From an uncultured delta proteobacterium (lineage in GTDB: Bacteria > Desulfobacterota > Zymogenia > Zymogenales > Zymogenaceae), in the NCBI GenBank assembly GCA_963735595.1, contig CAVTLK010000002.1, positions 768,001-832,000 on the forward strand: a DNA stretch of 64,000 nt, written 5' to 3'. Made by a program: the position numbers and the translations under genes. The notes beneath the pieces were generated by a model. That model was not told the origin of the DNA. It did no database searches and worked only from the letters and a program-made list of their open reading frames with translations. Position 1 is the first letter of the stretch. Every line of letters starts with the position of its first letter. Positions 9,723-21,752 of this stretch are shown one piece after another.

Positions 9723-11896
9723 CTACCGGCGCCGCGTACGGCGGGCAGGGGATGCCACGCTGATGAACGACGTGACCTTCTCAAAGATCTCGTCGCCGCC
9801 CCGATAAACGATCCCGTGGTACGGGCTGTCCACGATCATAACCTCTTTGACCTGAGAAGAAATAGCGTCCCGATACTGACGGGCGCCCTCGGTGTCGACG
9901 GCGGGGTTATCGCCGCCCTGGATGATGAGCGCGGGGACGGTAACGGCCGGCAGTTGACGTATAACCTCCCGAACCAGTACGCGGATTTGGAACATCCCGT
10001 GCGCCGGGTTTTTCGGGTAGGTGAAGTGGGGATTTTCCGATTCCTTGTTCGACGAACTCGATGGGCCGTTCCTTGAGCCGCATCTTACGCAGCAGGTGGT
10101 CGGCCGCGTCTACGATCGGGACTGCCGCAGCATACCGGCCCTTCGGGCGCATGGCGGCCGAGATCGAAACGATGCCGGAAAGTCCCGGCGGATTGGCGGC
10201 GGAGAGCAGCCACCCAAGCAGCCCCCCCATCCCAAATCCGCAGACAAAGACCTCATCCACCATCCGGGAAAGGATCGTGTACCCGTAGCGCACCGAATAA
10301 TACCAATCGCGCCACGTTCTCGACGCCAGGTCCAGGACGGACGTCCCGTGGCCGGAAATACGAACGTTATAGACGGTAATGCCCTGCCGGCTCAGGTGCT
10401 CGAGGAGCGGTCGCATCTGCTCGGGAGACGCCAGGTACCCGTGAACCAGCAAGACCCCGACCGCGGGGTCGGCGAAGTGGAAAGCCGGCATTCCGAAACG
10501 CATTTCGCGCGACTCCTCCTGGTTATAGAACCGGGTATAGTCGTCGAGGTAGCGATCCTGATCACCCCGGATGAGCGCGTCGGTCGCGCGTTCTGCGGCC
10601 GCCTTCCGGCTGATTCTCAGGGCGGCGTCCACGGCCTTATTGCCGGCGTGAGCGGTTCGATCTCGTTCTTTATGACCTCGATAGTGTTCAGGAGCCTGAT
10701 ATCATGAAAGGCATGGGGCCATTTGAACTCCTTTTCCCTTATGATGAGGTCTTCCGGTCGTTCTTTTCAAGGAGTCCCTCACGAATCCCCATGGACAGAA
10801 AATCTTCGAGGATTGACTCGCCCCAGACGACCATTGCGTGGGGATTGTCGGCGATCGTCTTGTGACAGACGATACGGGGGATCTCCCGTATCGCGAGGGC
10901 CGCACAGAAGACGCGGTTCTTGATGTCCTCCCACGTTTCCCGATATTGCCTGCGGGCCGTCATGGAAAAGAGGAGCCGGGAGATGAGGTGATCGGGATTA
11001 ACGGTGACCAGCCCATAGATATCCCTCATATAATCGGTCATCACGGCCTTGACGGTCCTGTTGAAGGCGCCCGTCTGCCGGCCGCGGAATACCGGGGTGT
11101 AGTCTTTCTCGCTCAACCATGCGGCGTACGTCGCAGCTGACCGGGGCGGGCCGAAGTTAATGGTTATCTCCGCCCCCGATCTTAAAAATGAGCTTTCCAC
11201 CACGAGTTCTTCCTCGAACCGCTTGGGGAGCACGCCCCTGGTCAACAGCGACACCAGCTTTTCAACGGTTTCGGAAAACCGTGTCTTGAGAAAACGCTGC
11301 GGCCAGTAGGTGATGTTGACGGGAACGATCCTGACCTCAAAGGGCGCCAGGCTCTCCAGGTCAAAGATCTTCGTGAGCCGGTATCTCTCGGCAAAGTCGC
11401 TCAAGAAGCCCGCCGCCAGCTGGGCCTTGAGGGCGATGACGGCGGCGCCGGTATGGGGAGGTCGGTGAATATTCGTATCGGGTTCGTGGAGCAGGAAGCG
11501 GCGGGCGCTCATGACCTTGCGATCCTTGACCATCTCGCCCTCGGGAAAGATGATCCAGTTCTCGCCGGAAAGCAGGCTCTTTACGGCAATCGTATCCCGA
11601 TCGGAGATGTTGACGGGTACTGAACCGACGGCCTCCATGAATCGCCTCGGCAGCGACTCAAAGACGTAACGCGCGGTAAGCGAACGGGGGGGCGTGCCCA
11701 GCCGCTTGCTTATGACATAGGGGAGGAGTACTGTCTCGATACGGGTGTAGTGGTTGCAGACGAAGATTACCGATCCTTTGGGGACCGTCTCGATTCCGTT
11801 GACCGTGATGGTTACGCCGGCCAGCTTCAGCGCGCCGCCGATCAAGAGGTCAAGGACCCGGGTCGTAATTGAGCTGATCTTCGCGAGGTCGGGCAT
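9723..11896 (-). CDS. PlsC-like acyltransferase / alpha-beta hydrolase fusion, copy A (frameshifts ~10040, 10640-10750)
   Basis: NHYTRIE and FPEG motifs in the N-terminal half; LLVHGYLASP esterase-like C-terminal half; colinear with the adjacent paralog. Confidence 0.8.
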
Positions 11897-11976
11897 GCTC
11901 CGATTCCCTTGGGAAGCGGTACGGCGCCACCGGGCGTGTCCCGGTTCTTTGCCGTCCGCGGCGTTGGGCGTCCGGA

Positions 11977-14145
11977 TTACATCGATATCCAGTGATGGGA
12001 GGGTTTGACACCCTCTTCGGGATCGGTGATAAACCGGTGTACACGGTCAAATATGGCGTCACCTCCCCGATAGACAATCCCGTGGTAGGGGCTGTCGACC
12101 CAGACCAGCCCCTTGGTCTTCGAGCCGACGGTGTCGTAGTACTCCTCGGCGCTCTCCGGATCGACGGTCGGGTCCTTTCCCCCCTGGATGATGAGTGCGG
12201 GAATCCTGATCTTTGGCAGTTCCTTTTTGACGACGCCCACCAGTTCCAGGAGCTGGTCCACCCCGTGAACGGGATTTTTAAAATAATTGATATGGGGATT
12301 CTCCGGATGGTTCGCGATGAATTCCACCGGGGTCTTTCCCATTCCGCAGAGCTTCATGGCGTCGTCCACAAGATCAATGAAGGGGGCGAGGAATGAGGTC
12401 CGGCTCTTCAGGATCATGGCTGCCGATATCGAGACGATGCCCGAAAGCTTTGGGGGATTGGCGGCCGCCAAATGCCACGAGATGGCCCCCCCCATAGAAA
12501 AGCCGCAGACGAATATCTTGTCGACCAGGGTCGTGAGAATAGTATAACCGACGCGGGCGGTGTAATACCAGTCCTCCCAGTCTCTTGTCGTCAGGTCGTA
12601 GGGCGATGTCCCGTGGCCGGCAAGCCTCACCGCGTAGACGGTAAGCCCCCGGGCGACCAGGTGTTCATAGAGCGGGCGCATCTCCTCCGGGGAGGCCATG
12701 TAGCCGTGCACGAGGAGCACGCCAACCTTCGTATCCCCGATATGGAGCCTGGGAACCCCGAATTTCTTTTCCTTGGATTCTCCCTTGACGTAGAAGCGTG
12801 CCCAGTCCATGAGGTAGCGGTCCTCCTGCCCCGATACGAGAGCCCGGGTCGTGGCCTCGGCAAGGGCCGGCGGACCAAGTGAGAGGGTCCGTTCTATGGA
12901 ATTCGCGACGTCCTTGAGGGGCTTTATCTCGTTGGTAATCACCTCGACCGTATTGAGCACCCGCGCGCCGCGGAAATAGTCGTGCCACTTGAATTCCTTT
13001 TTATTCAGCGACAGGCGGCCGTCCTTCATCGACACAAATCCCTCGGTCTTTCCCATTTCGAAGAAGTTATCGAGGTGCCGCTCACCGACGGCAAGCAGCG
13101 ATTCGGGGCGCTCCTGGATGAGCTCGTGAAACGAGAGGTTGGGAAGATCGCGCACGCCGAGGGCCGCCAGGTATACGCGCCGCTTCACGTCTTCCCACGA
13201 ATCCGTAAGGAGGTTCCTGTCGACCATCGTCGTGAGAAGCCGGGTGATCAGGTGATCCGGGTTTATCGTGACGAGCCGGTATATCTCCGCCATATAGTCG
13301 CTCGTCATTGACTCCACGGCTCCGGAAAAGAGGGGATTGGGCGCGTTTTTCAGGACCGGGTAGGCCTCCTTTTCAGCCAGCCATACGGAATAGTGGGAGA
13401 TCTTCTTCGGCATGCCGAAGTTAATGGTAACCCGGGCCCCTCTGGAGAGGATGGAGCTTTCAAGCGCGAGCTTCTCGTCGTGCCGGTGTGTGCGGCGGCC
13501 CGTTTCGAGCCGACCGAGGAGCTTCTTGATCCGACGGGTCAAGAAGGTGTTGGAGTAGCGCACCGGCCAGTAGGTGACGTTCACCGGAACGATGGTCACC
13601 TCAAGAGACGAGAGGGAATCGAGCCCGAATACCTTCGTCAGGTGGTACTCCCGGATGAATTCGTTCATGATCTTTGCGGCCATCTGCGCCTTGAGGCCGA
13701 TGGTCGAGGCCTTCGTCTGCGGGATTTCCTCGCCCGGCTGGCCGGGCTGCTCCGCGTATATGCCGATCACCTCCCGGCCGAGCGTTCCCTCGGGGAAGAT
13801 GACCCAGTTCTCGCCGGAGATCAGGCTTTTGGCCGCGATGTCGTCAAGATCGGGAAGCGATGCCGGCACCGAACCGATCCCTTCCAGGAGCTTTTTACCG
13901 ATCGCCTCGAACACGTACTGGGCCGTGAGGATGCGCGGGGTCTGCTGCTTGGCCCGGTAGATGGCGTAGGGCACCAGCAGGGTTTCGGTCCGGGTGAAGT
14001 GGTTGGCGATATAGATCACCGACCGGTCGGGCACCTGCTCCAGGCCGTTGACGACCAGGTCGACCCGCGCAAGCCGTAAGATCCCGTTGATCAGGTGCCC
14101 CAATATGCCCGTGCGCAATCGGCTGATAGGTTTGAGATCGGCCAT
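11977..14145 (-). CDS. PlsC-like acyltransferase / carboxylesterase fusion, copy B
   Basis: Intact 722-aa ORF; NHFTRTE, FPEG; HGYMASP, GFSMGG, KDPTV, SPYHG. Confidence 0.85.
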   Translation of the reverse strand: MADLKPISRLRTGILGHLINGILRLARVDLVVNGLEQVPDRSVIYIANHFTRTETLLVPYAIYRAKQQTPRILTAQYVFEAIGKKLLEGIGSVPASLPDLDDIAAKSLISGENWVIFPEGTLGREVIGIYAEQPGQPGEEIPQTKASTIGLKAQMAAKIMNEFIREYHLTKVFGLDSLSSLEVTIVPVNVTYWPVRYSNTFLTRRIKKLLGRLETGRRTHRHDEKLALESSILSRGARVTINFGMPKKISHYSVWLAEKEAYPVLKNAPNPLFSGAVESMTSDYMAEIYRLVTINPDHLITRLLTTMVDRNLLTDSWEDVKRRVYLAALGVRDLPNLSFHELIQERPESLLAVGERHLDNFFEMGKTEGFVSMKDGRLSLNKKEFKWHDYFRGARVLNTVEVITNEIKPLKDVANSIERTLSLGPPALAEATTRALVSGQEDRYLMDWARFYVKGESKEKKFGVPRLHIGDTKVGVLLVHGYMASPEEMRPLYEHLVARGLTVYAVRLAGHGTSPYDLTTRDWEDWYYTARVGYTILTTLVDKIFVCGFSMGGAISWHLAAANPPKLSGIVSISAAMILKSRTSFLAPFIDLVDDAMKLCGMGKTPVEFIANHPENPHINYFKNPVHGVDQLLELVGVVKKELPKIRIPALIIQGGKDPTVDPESAEEYYDTVGSKTKGLVWVDSPYHGIVYRGGDAIFDRVHRFITDPEEGVKPSHHWISM

Positions 14146-14389
14146 GTATTATTTTCCCCTTCCTTTGCGTATATCATAACACAAATAGACGTAACACGAA
14201 TGGGAAAATTGAAACGGAGGACACGGGCGGCACCGGGAAGTGCGTTCTGAGGGAAAGAAGGTTCGCAGATTGTTCGGCGATCCGTTCGGCCGCCGAACGG
14301 CGGGCGCTCTCGACGCTTGCAGTGGGGCGTACCGTGTGGTATCGTATCGTCGGTATCAGGTGGGTTATTGCGCATTACGGAGACGACCG

Positions 14390-14950
14390 ATGAGAATAAT
14401 AGTTCCAATAGCCGCCGTGCTGTTGCTGTGGGCAGTACCGGCGGCGGGTCAAAGCGGTGAGCTAATCGATACCCCGTCAGAGAAATACGGCTACGCCCTT
14501 GCGCTTCCCGAGGGATTCGCCCCGACCGGCGCCGTTTCCGACACGACCATGTGGACCTTCGTGCCGGAATCGCCCGCCGTCCCGCCCGGTTCCGCCGATA
14601 AAACAGAAGGGACCCTCACCATATGGGTTAATCGTATCCCGGTCGAGACGAAGAACCTCGCGGGGCTCTACGCGGTCGGCAGGAGATACGACGCCGACTC
14701 CATCAGCTCCCCCGGCGCGGCGATCCGCGACCTCAGAGACCTTACGGTCGAGGGGGGCTACGGCTATTGGTACAGGGAGGCCGATAAATCCGAGCCGGCC
14801 GCCAACCACCGCTGGATTGCAAAGGTCTTCGGCAACGGCGCCGTCTATACGATCTGCGTGGCGGCCCCCTTCGGCGAGTTCGAGGCATGGGGACCCGTAT
14901 TCGAGCGGGTCATCGTGAGCTTCAGGCTAGTCTCGACGAAGGCGGAATAG
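14390..14950 (+). CDS. Secreted protein, PsbP/Mog1p-like fold (tentative)
   Basis: Signal peptide MRIIVPIAAVLLLWAVPAAG; GYALALPEGF ... YTICVAAP...FERVIVSFRL pattern. Confidence 0.55.
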   Translation: MRIIVPIAAVLLLWAVPAAGQSGELIDTPSEKYGYALALPEGFAPTGAVSDTTMWTFVPESPAVPPGSADKTEGTLTIWVNRIPVETKNLAGLYAVGRRYDADSISSPGAAIRDLRDLTVEGGYGYWYREADKSEPAANHRWIAKVFGNGAVYTICVAAPFGEFEAWGPVFERVIVSFRLVSTKAE

Positions 14951-15028
14951 GGCATGGGTCCGCCGATACGTTTTTCTGCCCGCCGGCGCGGGGGAATTCC
15001 GCATGCATCCGGCAGTGCTTTTTAGTTC

Positions 15029-15057
15029 TTGACACCTTCCGTTAATTACCCTACCAT
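15029..15057 (+). promoter_or_regulatory. Sigma70-type promoter for larA-MFS
   Basis: TTGACA-17-TACCAT. Confidence 0.5.
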
Positions 15058-15253
15058 GCTTCTTATCTTTTCCGTGCGTGCGGCACCCTGCCGTACAAAA
15101 ACCCGCATAACATCTCGGCTGTCGATTACAGCGATTCTCGAGCATACGGTACGGCGCGTCCCAGCGCCGGTTCTTCTCTCGTGAGAAGGGTATTACGCGG
15201 CGGTCCGCTGCAGCTTACGAACACGACGTAACTATTCCTTTGAGAGGTGCGGT

Positions 15254-16480
15254 ATGAAACTTGAACTCCCGGAGCTTATCTGGTACGGCAACACGACGAC
15301 GGTCATCGATTTTCCCGACTCCTGGGACGTGACGTTTTCGAACATGCGCGGCGCGCGGCGGCCGCCGCTGACCGTGGGCCAGATTGAGGCGGCGATAAAG
15401 AAACCGATCGGCTCTCGGCCGCTTTCTGAGATCGCACAGGGCAAGAAGAGCGCCGTGATCGTTTTTGACGACATCACCCGGCCCACCCGAACGTGGGAGA
15501 TAGCGCCTATCGTCATCCGGGAGCTTGTTGCAGGCGGTATCGACGAGCAGGACATCACGTTCGTCTGCGCCCTGGGCAACCACGGCGCCCACACCAACCA
15601 CGAGTTCAGAAAAAAACTGGGCGACGATATCCTCGAAAAATTCCGCGTCTATAACCACAACCCCTACGAAAACTGCGACTACGTCGGGACGACCAGCAAG
15701 GGCACAAAGGTAATGGTCAACCACGAAGTCATGCAGGCCGACGTGAAGATCGGGATCGGCTGCGTGACGGCCCACCCGCAAACCGGTTTTTCCGGCGGCG
15801 GCAAGATTATCCTGCCGGGCGTGGCGCACTACGACAGCTCGTCTCATTATCACATCGAGGTCTACGCGCAGGACCCGGGAAGCTGCGGCCTTGGCAACTA
15901 CGATAAGAACATCATGCGCATGAACATCGAGGAAGCGGCGCGCATGGCAGGGCTCGATTTCAAGATCGACGTCATCGTCAACGACCGGGGGGCGACCACG
16001 GCGGTATTTGCCGGTGATTTTGTCGAGGCGTATAAGGAATCGGTGAAGCTGGCAAAGGACGTATACGCCGCCGATCCCCGGCCCCGCGGCAATAACCTCG
16101 TCGTCTGCAATGCCTTTGCCAAGGCCAACGAGATGGCCATCGCCATCCTGTGCGGGGGAATGGCACTGGACAGCTTTTCCGGGACCGTAGCGATCCTCGC
16201 AAACGCCCCGGAGGGCCAGGTAACCCATTACCTGCTGAGAAGCTTCGGGAGAAATTACGGCGGGCGCCAGTATCCGGTGGGGATGATCCCCCCGTCGCTT
16301 GACGTCATTATCGTCACCCCGCATCCGGACCGCACATTCGGCGACTGGGTTAGAAACCCCGAGGTAATCACCTGGACGAAGAGCTGGGCCCAGACCCTGG
16401 GGTTGTTGAAGGAGAAGCTCGGCGACAGCCCGAAGGTGGGGGTGCTCCACGACGCTACGATGATGTATTTTGATTCGTAA
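15254..16480 (+). CDS. larA: LarA-family nickel-pincer racemase/epimerase
   Basis: DDITRPT, ALGNH, NHNP, AHPQTGFSGGGKIILPG motifs. Confidence 0.85.
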   Translation: MKLELPELIWYGNTTTVIDFPDSWDVTFSNMRGARRPPLTVGQIEAAIKKPIGSRPLSEIAQGKKSAVIVFDDITRPTRTWEIAPIVIRELVAGGIDEQDITFVCALGNHGAHTNHEFRKKLGDDILEKFRVYNHNPYENCDYVGTTSKGTKVMVNHEVMQADVKIGIGCVTAHPQTGFSGGGKIILPGVAHYDSSSHYHIEVYAQDPGSCGLGNYDKNIMRMNIEEAARMAGLDFKIDVIVNDRGATTAVFAGDFVEAYKESVKLAKDVYAADPRPRGNNLVVCNAFAKANEMAIAILCGGMALDSFSGTVAILANAPEGQVTHYLLRSFGRNYGGRQYPVGMIPPSLDVIIVTPHPDRTFGDWVRNPEVITWTKSWAQTLGLLKEKLGDSPKVGVLHDATMMYFDS

Positions 16481-16498
16481 TATATTTAGGAGTAGTGT

Positions 16499-17812
16499 AT
16501 GAAAGGAACAAAAGAATCACACGACACGAAGGACTTTGCGGTCTCCCGGGGCTACGCCTACTACGTCTTCCTCCTCCTATTTCTCCTCTATCTCTTTAAT
16601 TATGTCGATAGGATGGTCATCGCCTCGCTCTTTCCGTACCTCAAAATCGAGTGGGGGCTGACCGACACCCAGTGCGGCTGGTTCGCATCGATCGTCACGC
16701 TGATGATGACGATCTTCGTATTCCCGGTTTCCCTCCTCGTGGATCGTTGGAGCCGAAAAAAGGCGATCGTGCTCATGGGGGTCCTGTGGGGGATCGCCTC
16801 GGCGGCCGGTGCGTTTACCCGGAACTTCGTTCAACTTATCTTCGCCCGCTCGTTTGTCGGCCTCGGTGAAGCGGCCTTCACCTCCGGCGGACACGCCATG
16901 ATCGCGGCCTACTTCCCGGAAGAAAAGCGGGCCACCATGAACGGGCTCTTCACGGCGGCCATCCCCATGGGGACGGCCATCGGCGTGATCCTCGGCGGCG
17001 TTATCGCCGAGTCGTTGGGGTGGCGCTACGCCTTCGGGATCATGGCGATACCGGGGATCATCGTGGCTATCCTGTTCTACTGGGTCAAGGACTACAAGAC
17101 CGTCGCTATTACAAAAAGGGACCATTCGGCCGATGGACTCGTGCATGTGAAGATGAAAGCCGGCGACATCGCCAAAGAATTTCTCCACACCCCGTCGGTG
17201 CTCTTCACGTACCTCGGTTACGTAGGCAACACGTTCGTGACGACGGCGCTCATGACCTGGCTTCCGACCTACTACCACCGGGTGGATAATCTCCCGATGG
17301 ATAAGGCGGGCATCAAGACGTCGGTCGTTTTCCTGTTGGCGATTATCGGCGCCCCGATCGGGGGGATTGTGATCGACAAACTCCGCAAGCGATGGCTCAA
17401 CGCCCGGATGAGTATTCCGGCGATCACCTCGCTGCTCGTGGCGATCTTCCTCTTTATCGGGTTCTCCTTCTTTGTGGGAAAGGCCCAGTACATCTTTCTG
17501 CTCCTGTTCGGATTTTTCGCGCCGATGTTTGCGGCGGGGGGCTCTGCGGTGACGCAGGACGTCGTGCACCCGGGGCTGCGCGCATTCTCGTACGCACTGG
17601 CGCAGTTCTTCATGATGGCGCTGGGCTATACGCTTTCCCCGATCTTCGTCGGGGCGATCTCCGACCGCTACGACCTCTTGACGGCTTTCCAGTTTCTGCC
17701 GCTGTTCGCGCTGTTCGGGGCGATCGTCTTCTTCATCGGGTCGTTCTACTACGTGAAGGACTTGCATAAGGTGGAGCGGGTTGTGCTCAAGGAAGAGGCG
17801 AAAACGAAATAG
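16499..17812 (+). CDS. MFS transporter (spinster-like)
   Basis: NYVDR, VDRWSRK, ARSFVGLGEA, GAISDR; about 12 hydrophobic segments. Confidence 0.9.
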   Translation: MKGTKESHDTKDFAVSRGYAYYVFLLLFLLYLFNYVDRMVIASLFPYLKIEWGLTDTQCGWFASIVTLMMTIFVFPVSLLVDRWSRKKAIVLMGVLWGIASAAGAFTRNFVQLIFARSFVGLGEAAFTSGGHAMIAAYFPEEKRATMNGLFTAAIPMGTAIGVILGGVIAESLGWRYAFGIMAIPGIIVAILFYWVKDYKTVAITKRDHSADGLVHVKMKAGDIAKEFLHTPSVLFTYLGYVGNTFVTTALMTWLPTYYHRVDNLPMDKAGIKTSVVFLLAIIGAPIGGIVIDKLRKRWLNARMSIPAITSLLVAIFLFIGFSFFVGKAQYIFLLLFGFFAPMFAAGGSAVTQDVVHPGLRAFSYALAQFFMMALGYTLSPIFVGAISDRYDLLTAFQFLPLFALFGAIVFFIGSFYYVKDLHKVERVVLKEEAKTK

Positions 17813-17842
17813 AGACGGGTTCTCAAAAGATACCTGAAACTC

Positions 17843-17874
17843 ATAAGGCCGGGGCGGCAACTCCCCGGCCTTAT
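17843..17874. terminator. Hairpin terminator between convergent genes
   Basis: ATAAGGCCGGGG-cggcaact-CCCCGGCCTTAT, 12-bp stem. Confidence 0.7.
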
Positions 17875-17977
17875 CTTATCCGCATATTACCCCGTCACTA
17901 CTCTATACCACCCCAACGTCACTTCACAGCGCGTCGCGGCCGTGCCGGCCTCACGTGTGCAGCCAATAGGGCAGGGG

Positions 17978-18599
17978 TTATCCTTTCTTAGCTTTTTTTC
18001 GGTAGACCGCGGCGATGCGCTCGGTGAGCCGCGTGATACGCTCGGTGAGGGGGCTTTTGAGCGCCTCATTGACCTCGGGGGAGTCGCCCCGGTATGCCAC
18101 GCAGGAGTCGATCATCTGGGGGCGGGCCGTGAGAAACCACTTGGTGCGCTCGGTGTGCGTCATCTGGTCCAGAAGGTCATCGAAACTCTCCCTGAGCGAG
18201 AGGTACTGTCCCTGGATCGAGGCGTGGCACGCCTCCATGACGAGGTTGGTCAGGTGGCTGCACCCATCCTTGCCCCCGATGGTCTGTTCCATACGCTGGG
18301 TCAGGCCCTTCTTGATCTCGAGCCCGACGGCCCGGGGGAGCACCGAAAGGGCATCCGCGCACCGCTCGTGCGGGATACGGATCGGAGCGTCCGCGGATAT
18401 CGGCGATAACCATGTCGGGAATCGTGATGTCGAGAACGACCTCCATCTCGTGGTAATTATCGGCCATGTGGGCGGTGATAATGATAAACCCGTCCTTGAG
18501 GTGGATGTCGACGTTTTTCTTTCGATTAAAAACGGCGGCCCCGCCGTGGGAGACGCCTTCAGGAGTCGCGCTCTTCGTATCGTCGGATCGGGTGCTCAT
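17978..18599 (-). CDS. DUF2889-like protein (frameshifts ~18340-18390)
   Basis: HMADNYHEMEV; GGKDGCSHLTNL; IDSCVAY. Confidence 0.7.
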
Positions 18600-18644
18600 G
18601 GACGTATCGGATACCTTTTATTTATTCGGTGGCGGGAGACATCA

Positions 18645-20030
<1,386 letters not shown>

Positions 20031-20032
20031 TC

Positions 20033-20060
20033 AGTATACCATACGCGCCGGGGAAGTCAA
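20033..20060 (-). promoter_or_regulatory. Sigma70-type promoter of purA
   Basis: On the minus strand TTGACT-16-TATACT, with TG upstream of the -10. Confidence 0.55.
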
Positions 20061-20155
20061 AATTAAAAGCTCGATATCCCGTATGGATGAATTCCGGTTG
20101 TATTGCATCCGCACGTCTTTCGCGACATGCCGCCGAGGAATTTGATTAGCCCCCG

Positions 20156-21736
20156 CTATAGTCGTACCTGCTGAACGGAAAGCATGTGCGGCAGATTCTT
20201 GAGCTTATCGATCACCGCAGGCGATACCGGGCCGTCAACCGACAGAATGACCAGGGCGTTTCCCCCTTCCTTGTCGCGGGCGAGGTGCATCCGGGCGATA
20301 TTGACGCTGTTTTCTCCCAGCGTCGACCCGATGCCGCCGATGACGCCCGGTTTGTCGAGGTTCGTGGTGACCAGGAGTGTCCCCTCCGGGAAGGCCTCCA
20401 GGGAGAAGTTGTCAATCCTGACGATCCGCGGGCTGTCGGTGCCGAAGATGGCGCCCGAAATAAGCCGCTCCCCTTCCTTCGTCTTGGCCCGCAGCGTGAT
20501 CTGGCCGGAAAAGCCCTCCGCCTTCTCGCTCTTTGCCTCGACGATCTTGATGCCCCGTTCCTTGATGATAATGGGGGCGCTGACGTAATTTGCGGCCTCT
20601 TCCAGAATAGGGTCGAGAATCCCCTTGAGCAGGGCCACGGTAACGGGGGGTGTCTCTATTGCGGACGCCTCTCCCTGGTATTCGATGGTAAGCTGCTCCA
20701 GGCCGACGAGCCCCAGCTGGGAGAGAAACGATCCCATCTTCTCTGCAAGGTTGATATAGGGCCTCAACACGGGGGCCGACTCGGGGCTGACCGACGGCAT
20801 ATTAACGGCGTTTCTGACGACGCCCTTGGCCAGGTAATCGACGATCTGCTCGGCCACGGCCACCGCCACGTTCTCCTGGGCCTCTTCGGTGGAGGCGCCC
20901 AGATGGGGCGTAAAGATAATCCGATCGTCCTTGATCAGGTCACCGGGCTCCGGGGGTTCCTTGACGAAGACGTCCAGGGCCGCCCCTGCGACGATCCCCT
21001 CGTTCAACGCCCAGAGGAGGTCGGCCTCGTTCACGAGGCCGCCGCGGGCGCAGTTGATGATAAAGACACCCTTCTTCATTTTCTTGAAGGCGTCCTTGTT
21101 GATCATCCCCATGGTCTCATCGCTCTTCGGGATGTGGACGGTGATATAGTCTGAGCGGGCGTAGAGATCATCCAGAGAGACGGTCTCGACACCCATCTTG
21201 GAAGCGACTTCCGGGTTGATGAAGGGATCGGCGGCGATTACATGCATTTTCAATCCCAGAGCCCTGTCGGCAACAACCCGCCCGATATTGCCCAGCCCGA
21301 TTACTCCCAGCGTCTTGTTGAAGACCTCCTTGCCCATGAACTTCTTTTTTTCCCACTTGCCCTCGCGGATCGACGCGGTGGCCTGGGGAATAAACCGGGA
21401 TATGGAGAGCATCATCGAGACGGCGTGCTCCGCCGTGGTGATGGTATTGCCCCCGGGGGTGTTCATCACGACGATTCCCCGCTTGCTGGCAGACGGCACA
21501 TCAACATTATCGACGCCGGTACCGGCTCGGCCGATGACCTTGAGGTTAGTGGCCGCCTCAATGATATCGGGTGTCATCTTGGTGGCCGACCTGATGGCGA
21601 TTCCGTCGTATTTGCCGATGATCTCCTTGAGGCCCTCCGGCTTGAGGCCGGTGATAACGTCTACTTCGATCCCCTTGGTCTTTTTAAATATCTCGACCGC
21701 CTTTTCGGACATGCTGTCGCTGATGAGGACTTTCAT
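20156..21736 (-). CDS. serA: D-3-phosphoglycerate dehydrogenase (ASB and ACT domains)
   Basis: IGRAGTGVDNVD, GVIGLGNIG, INCARGG, TPHLGASTEEAQ; C-terminal DKPGVIG ACT domain. Confidence 0.95.
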   Translation of the reverse strand: MKVLISDSMSEKAVEIFKKTKGIEVDVITGLKPEGLKEIIGKYDGIAIRSATKMTPDIIEAATNLKVIGRAGTGVDNVDVPSASKRGIVVMNTPGGNTITTAEHAVSMMLSISRFIPQATASIREGKWEKKKFMGKEVFNKTLGVIGLGNIGRVVADRALGLKMHVIAADPFINPEVASKMGVETVSLDDLYARSDYITVHIPKSDETMGMINKDAFKKMKKGVFIINCARGGLVNEADLLWALNEGIVAGAALDVFVKEPPEPGDLIKDDRIIFTPHLGASTEEAQENVAVAVAEQIVDYLAKGVVRNAVNMPSVSPESAPVLRPYINLAEKMGSFLSQLGLVGLEQLTIEYQGEASAIETPPVTVALLKGILDPILEEAANYVSAPIIIKERGIKIVEAKSEKAEGFSGQITLRAKTKEGERLISGAIFGTDSPRIVRIDNFSLEAFPEGTLLVTTNLDKPGVIGGIGSTLGENSVNIARMHLARDKEGGNALVILSVDGPVSPAVIDKLKNLPHMLSVQQVRL

Positions 21737-21752
21737 GTAATCGGACTCCTGT

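Noticed and set aside
15215..17860. Long antisense ORFs opposite larA and the MFS gene (and similar ones across the window)
   Set aside because: Shadow ORFs expected from high-GC codon bias; no motifs or RBS.
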